The position numbers and the translations under genes were made by a program. From assembly GCA_964627625.1 (NCBI GenBank), contig CAZVJB010000012.1, forward strand, positions 5,337 to 69,336: a stretch of DNA of 64,000 bases. The letters run 5' to 3'. The notes under the pieces were generated by a model. It made no database searches and was not told the origin of the DNA. It saw only the letters and a list, made by a program, of their open reading frames with translations. Shown in pieces: positions 62,492 through 64,000 of this stretch (within the stretch, counting starts at the first letter, position 1; each line of letters starts with the position of its first letter). The DNA comes from an uncultured Halobacteriales archaeon. GTDB taxonomy: Archaea > Thermoplasmatota > E2 > JACPAO01 > JAHFTW01.

Positions 62492-64000
62492 ATGGCTGAT
62501 GAAAACGGCAACGGCAGCTCCCCGCCTGCGGCCGCGCCCGCCGGAAAGCCAGGCAAGCCCCCGGTCGAGGTCAAGATTCCCCCCAATTACAATGCACCTG
62601 GAGGCCCCGTCACGCTGAACGTCAACGCGCGCCCGGTTGAGCAGGAGATGCGCAAGTCGTTTCTGGACTACGCCATGTCCGTCATCGTCTCGCGCGCCCT
62701 GCCTGACGCCCGCGACGGCCTCAAGCCGGTCCATCGCCGCATCCTGTACGGCATGAGCGAGTTGGGCATGGGCCCGACGTCAGCGCACAAGAAATCGGCC
62801 CGCGTCGTCGGTGAAGTCCTCGGCAAATACCACCCGCATGGCGACTCATCCGTGTACGAGGCCATGGTCCGCATGGCCCAGAGTTGGAGTTTGCGCTATC
62901 TTCTGGTCGACGGCCAGGGCAACTTCGGCAGCGTGGACGGCGACTCCGCCGCGGCCATGAGGTACACCGAATCGCGTCTTGCCAAATTCTCGCTGCAAAT
63001 ACTCAACGACCTCGACAAGGAGACGGTCGATTTCGTTCCTAATTTCGACGGCACGCTGCAGGAACCATCAGTCATGCCGGCCGCAGTCCCGAATCTGCTA
63101 GTAAACGGTTCGGCGGGAATCGCAGTCGGCATGGCAACCAACGTTCCGCCGCATAACCTCACGGAAGTCGTCGACGCGGCCATCCGCCTCATCGACGAAC
63201 CCGGTGCCACGAGTGTCGATTTGATGCAGCACGTTCAGGGCCCTGACTTCCCAACCGGCGGCATCATCCACGGTAAGGGCGGCATCCTGTCGTATCTCTC
63301 GACAGGCCGTGGGCGGGTCGTCGTGCGCGGTGCTTGCGAGATTGAACAGATGGAGAAGGACCGAGAACGAATCGTGTTCCACGAAATCCCGTACCAGGTC
63401 AACAAATCCGACCTCCTCATCCACATGGCCGAACTCGTCAAGGACAAGGTCCTCGAGGGCATTTCCGATTTGCGCGACGAGTCCGACCGGCGCGGCATGC
63501 GCCTAGTGATTGAACTCAAACGCGACGCCATCCCGGATGTCGTTCTAAACCAGTTGTGGAAACACACCGCGCTGCAATCCAGTTTCGCGGTCAACAACCT
63601 CGCCCTCGTGGACGGCCGGCCTCGCACCATGGGCCTGCGCGAATTGATCCTGGTTTTCCTCAAACACAGATTCGAGGTCGTGACCCGCCGGACGCAATTC
63701 GAACTCAAAAAAGCCGAGGCCCGCGCCCACGTCCTCGAGGGCTTGCTGATTGCGCTTGCCAACATCGATGCCGTTGTTGCACTCATCCGTGCGAGCAAGG
63801 ACCCCGAGACAGCGCTTGCCGGCCTCATGCAAACCTTCGGGCTAAGCGAGATCCAAGGCAAGGCCATCCTCGACATGCGCCTGCAGCGCCTCACGGGCCT
63901 CGAAACGGACGCCGTCAAATCCGAACATGCACAGTTGCAGATTCAGATTGCTTACTACAAGGGCGTGCTTGCGGACCCCGCGCAGGTCTACGGCATAATC
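62492..64000 (+). CDS. gyrA: DNA gyrase subunit A, truncated at the window edge (not in the ORF track)
   Basis: GGAGG SD; [44 protein letters not shown]. Confidence 0.97.
   Translation, partial: MADENGNGSSPPAAAPAGKPGKPPVEVKIPPNYNAPGGPVTLNVNARPVEQEMRKSFLDYAMSVIVSRALPDARDGLKPVHRRILYGMSELGMGPTSAHKKSARVVGEVLGKYHPHGDSSVYEAMVRMAQSWSLRYLLVDGQGNFGSVDGDSAAAMRYTESRLAKFSLQILNDLDKETVDFVPNFDGTLQEPSVMPAAVPNLLVNGSAGIAVGMATNVPPHNLTEVVDAAIRLIDEPGATSVDLMQHVQGPDFPTGGIIHGKGGILSYLSTGRGRVVVRGACEIEQMEKDRERIVFHEIPYQVNKSDLLIHMAELVKDKVLEGISDLRDESDRRGMRLVIELKRDAIPDVVLNQLWKHTALQSSFAVNNLALVDGRPRTMGLRELILVFLKHRFEVVTRRTQFELKKAEARAHVLEGLLIALANIDAVVALIRASKDPETALAGLMQTFGLSEIQGKAILDMRLQRLTGLETDAVKSEHAQLQIQIAYYKGVLADPAQVYGII

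Overview
GC-rich archaeal chromosome segment, most consistent with a Thermoplasmatota lineage (NOG1-type GTPase, archaeal XRE-HTH regulator, smc-scpA-scpB, gyrB-gyrA, many LAGC lipoproteins); the taxonomy is inferred from gene content only. The main structure is a ~36 kb integrative element (7622-43595) with an intact tyrosine integrase at its right end. It has inserted into one copy of a ~330-350 bp dispersed repeat family rather than a tRNA, splitting that copy. The halves (7410-7628 and 43589-43646) rejoin at a duplicated 7-bp core CCGTCGG, and a perfect 12-bp inverted repeat (CTCTCTCTGGTG / CACCAGAGAGAG) lies just inside the element ends. Four unoccupied repeat copies lie in the same window, three with an intact core. 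Cargo: a coupled operon of small virus-like Zn-finger/wHTH genes with 14-bp tandem repeats, six proteins with HEPN-like RxxxxH motifs, two stand-alone OLD-type ATPase-TOPRIM proteins, a 3418-aa secreted FN3-Rhs protein with a candidate immunity gene, an orphan PAS histidine kinase and several membrane orphans. All family assignments come from reading motifs by eye; no searches were run.
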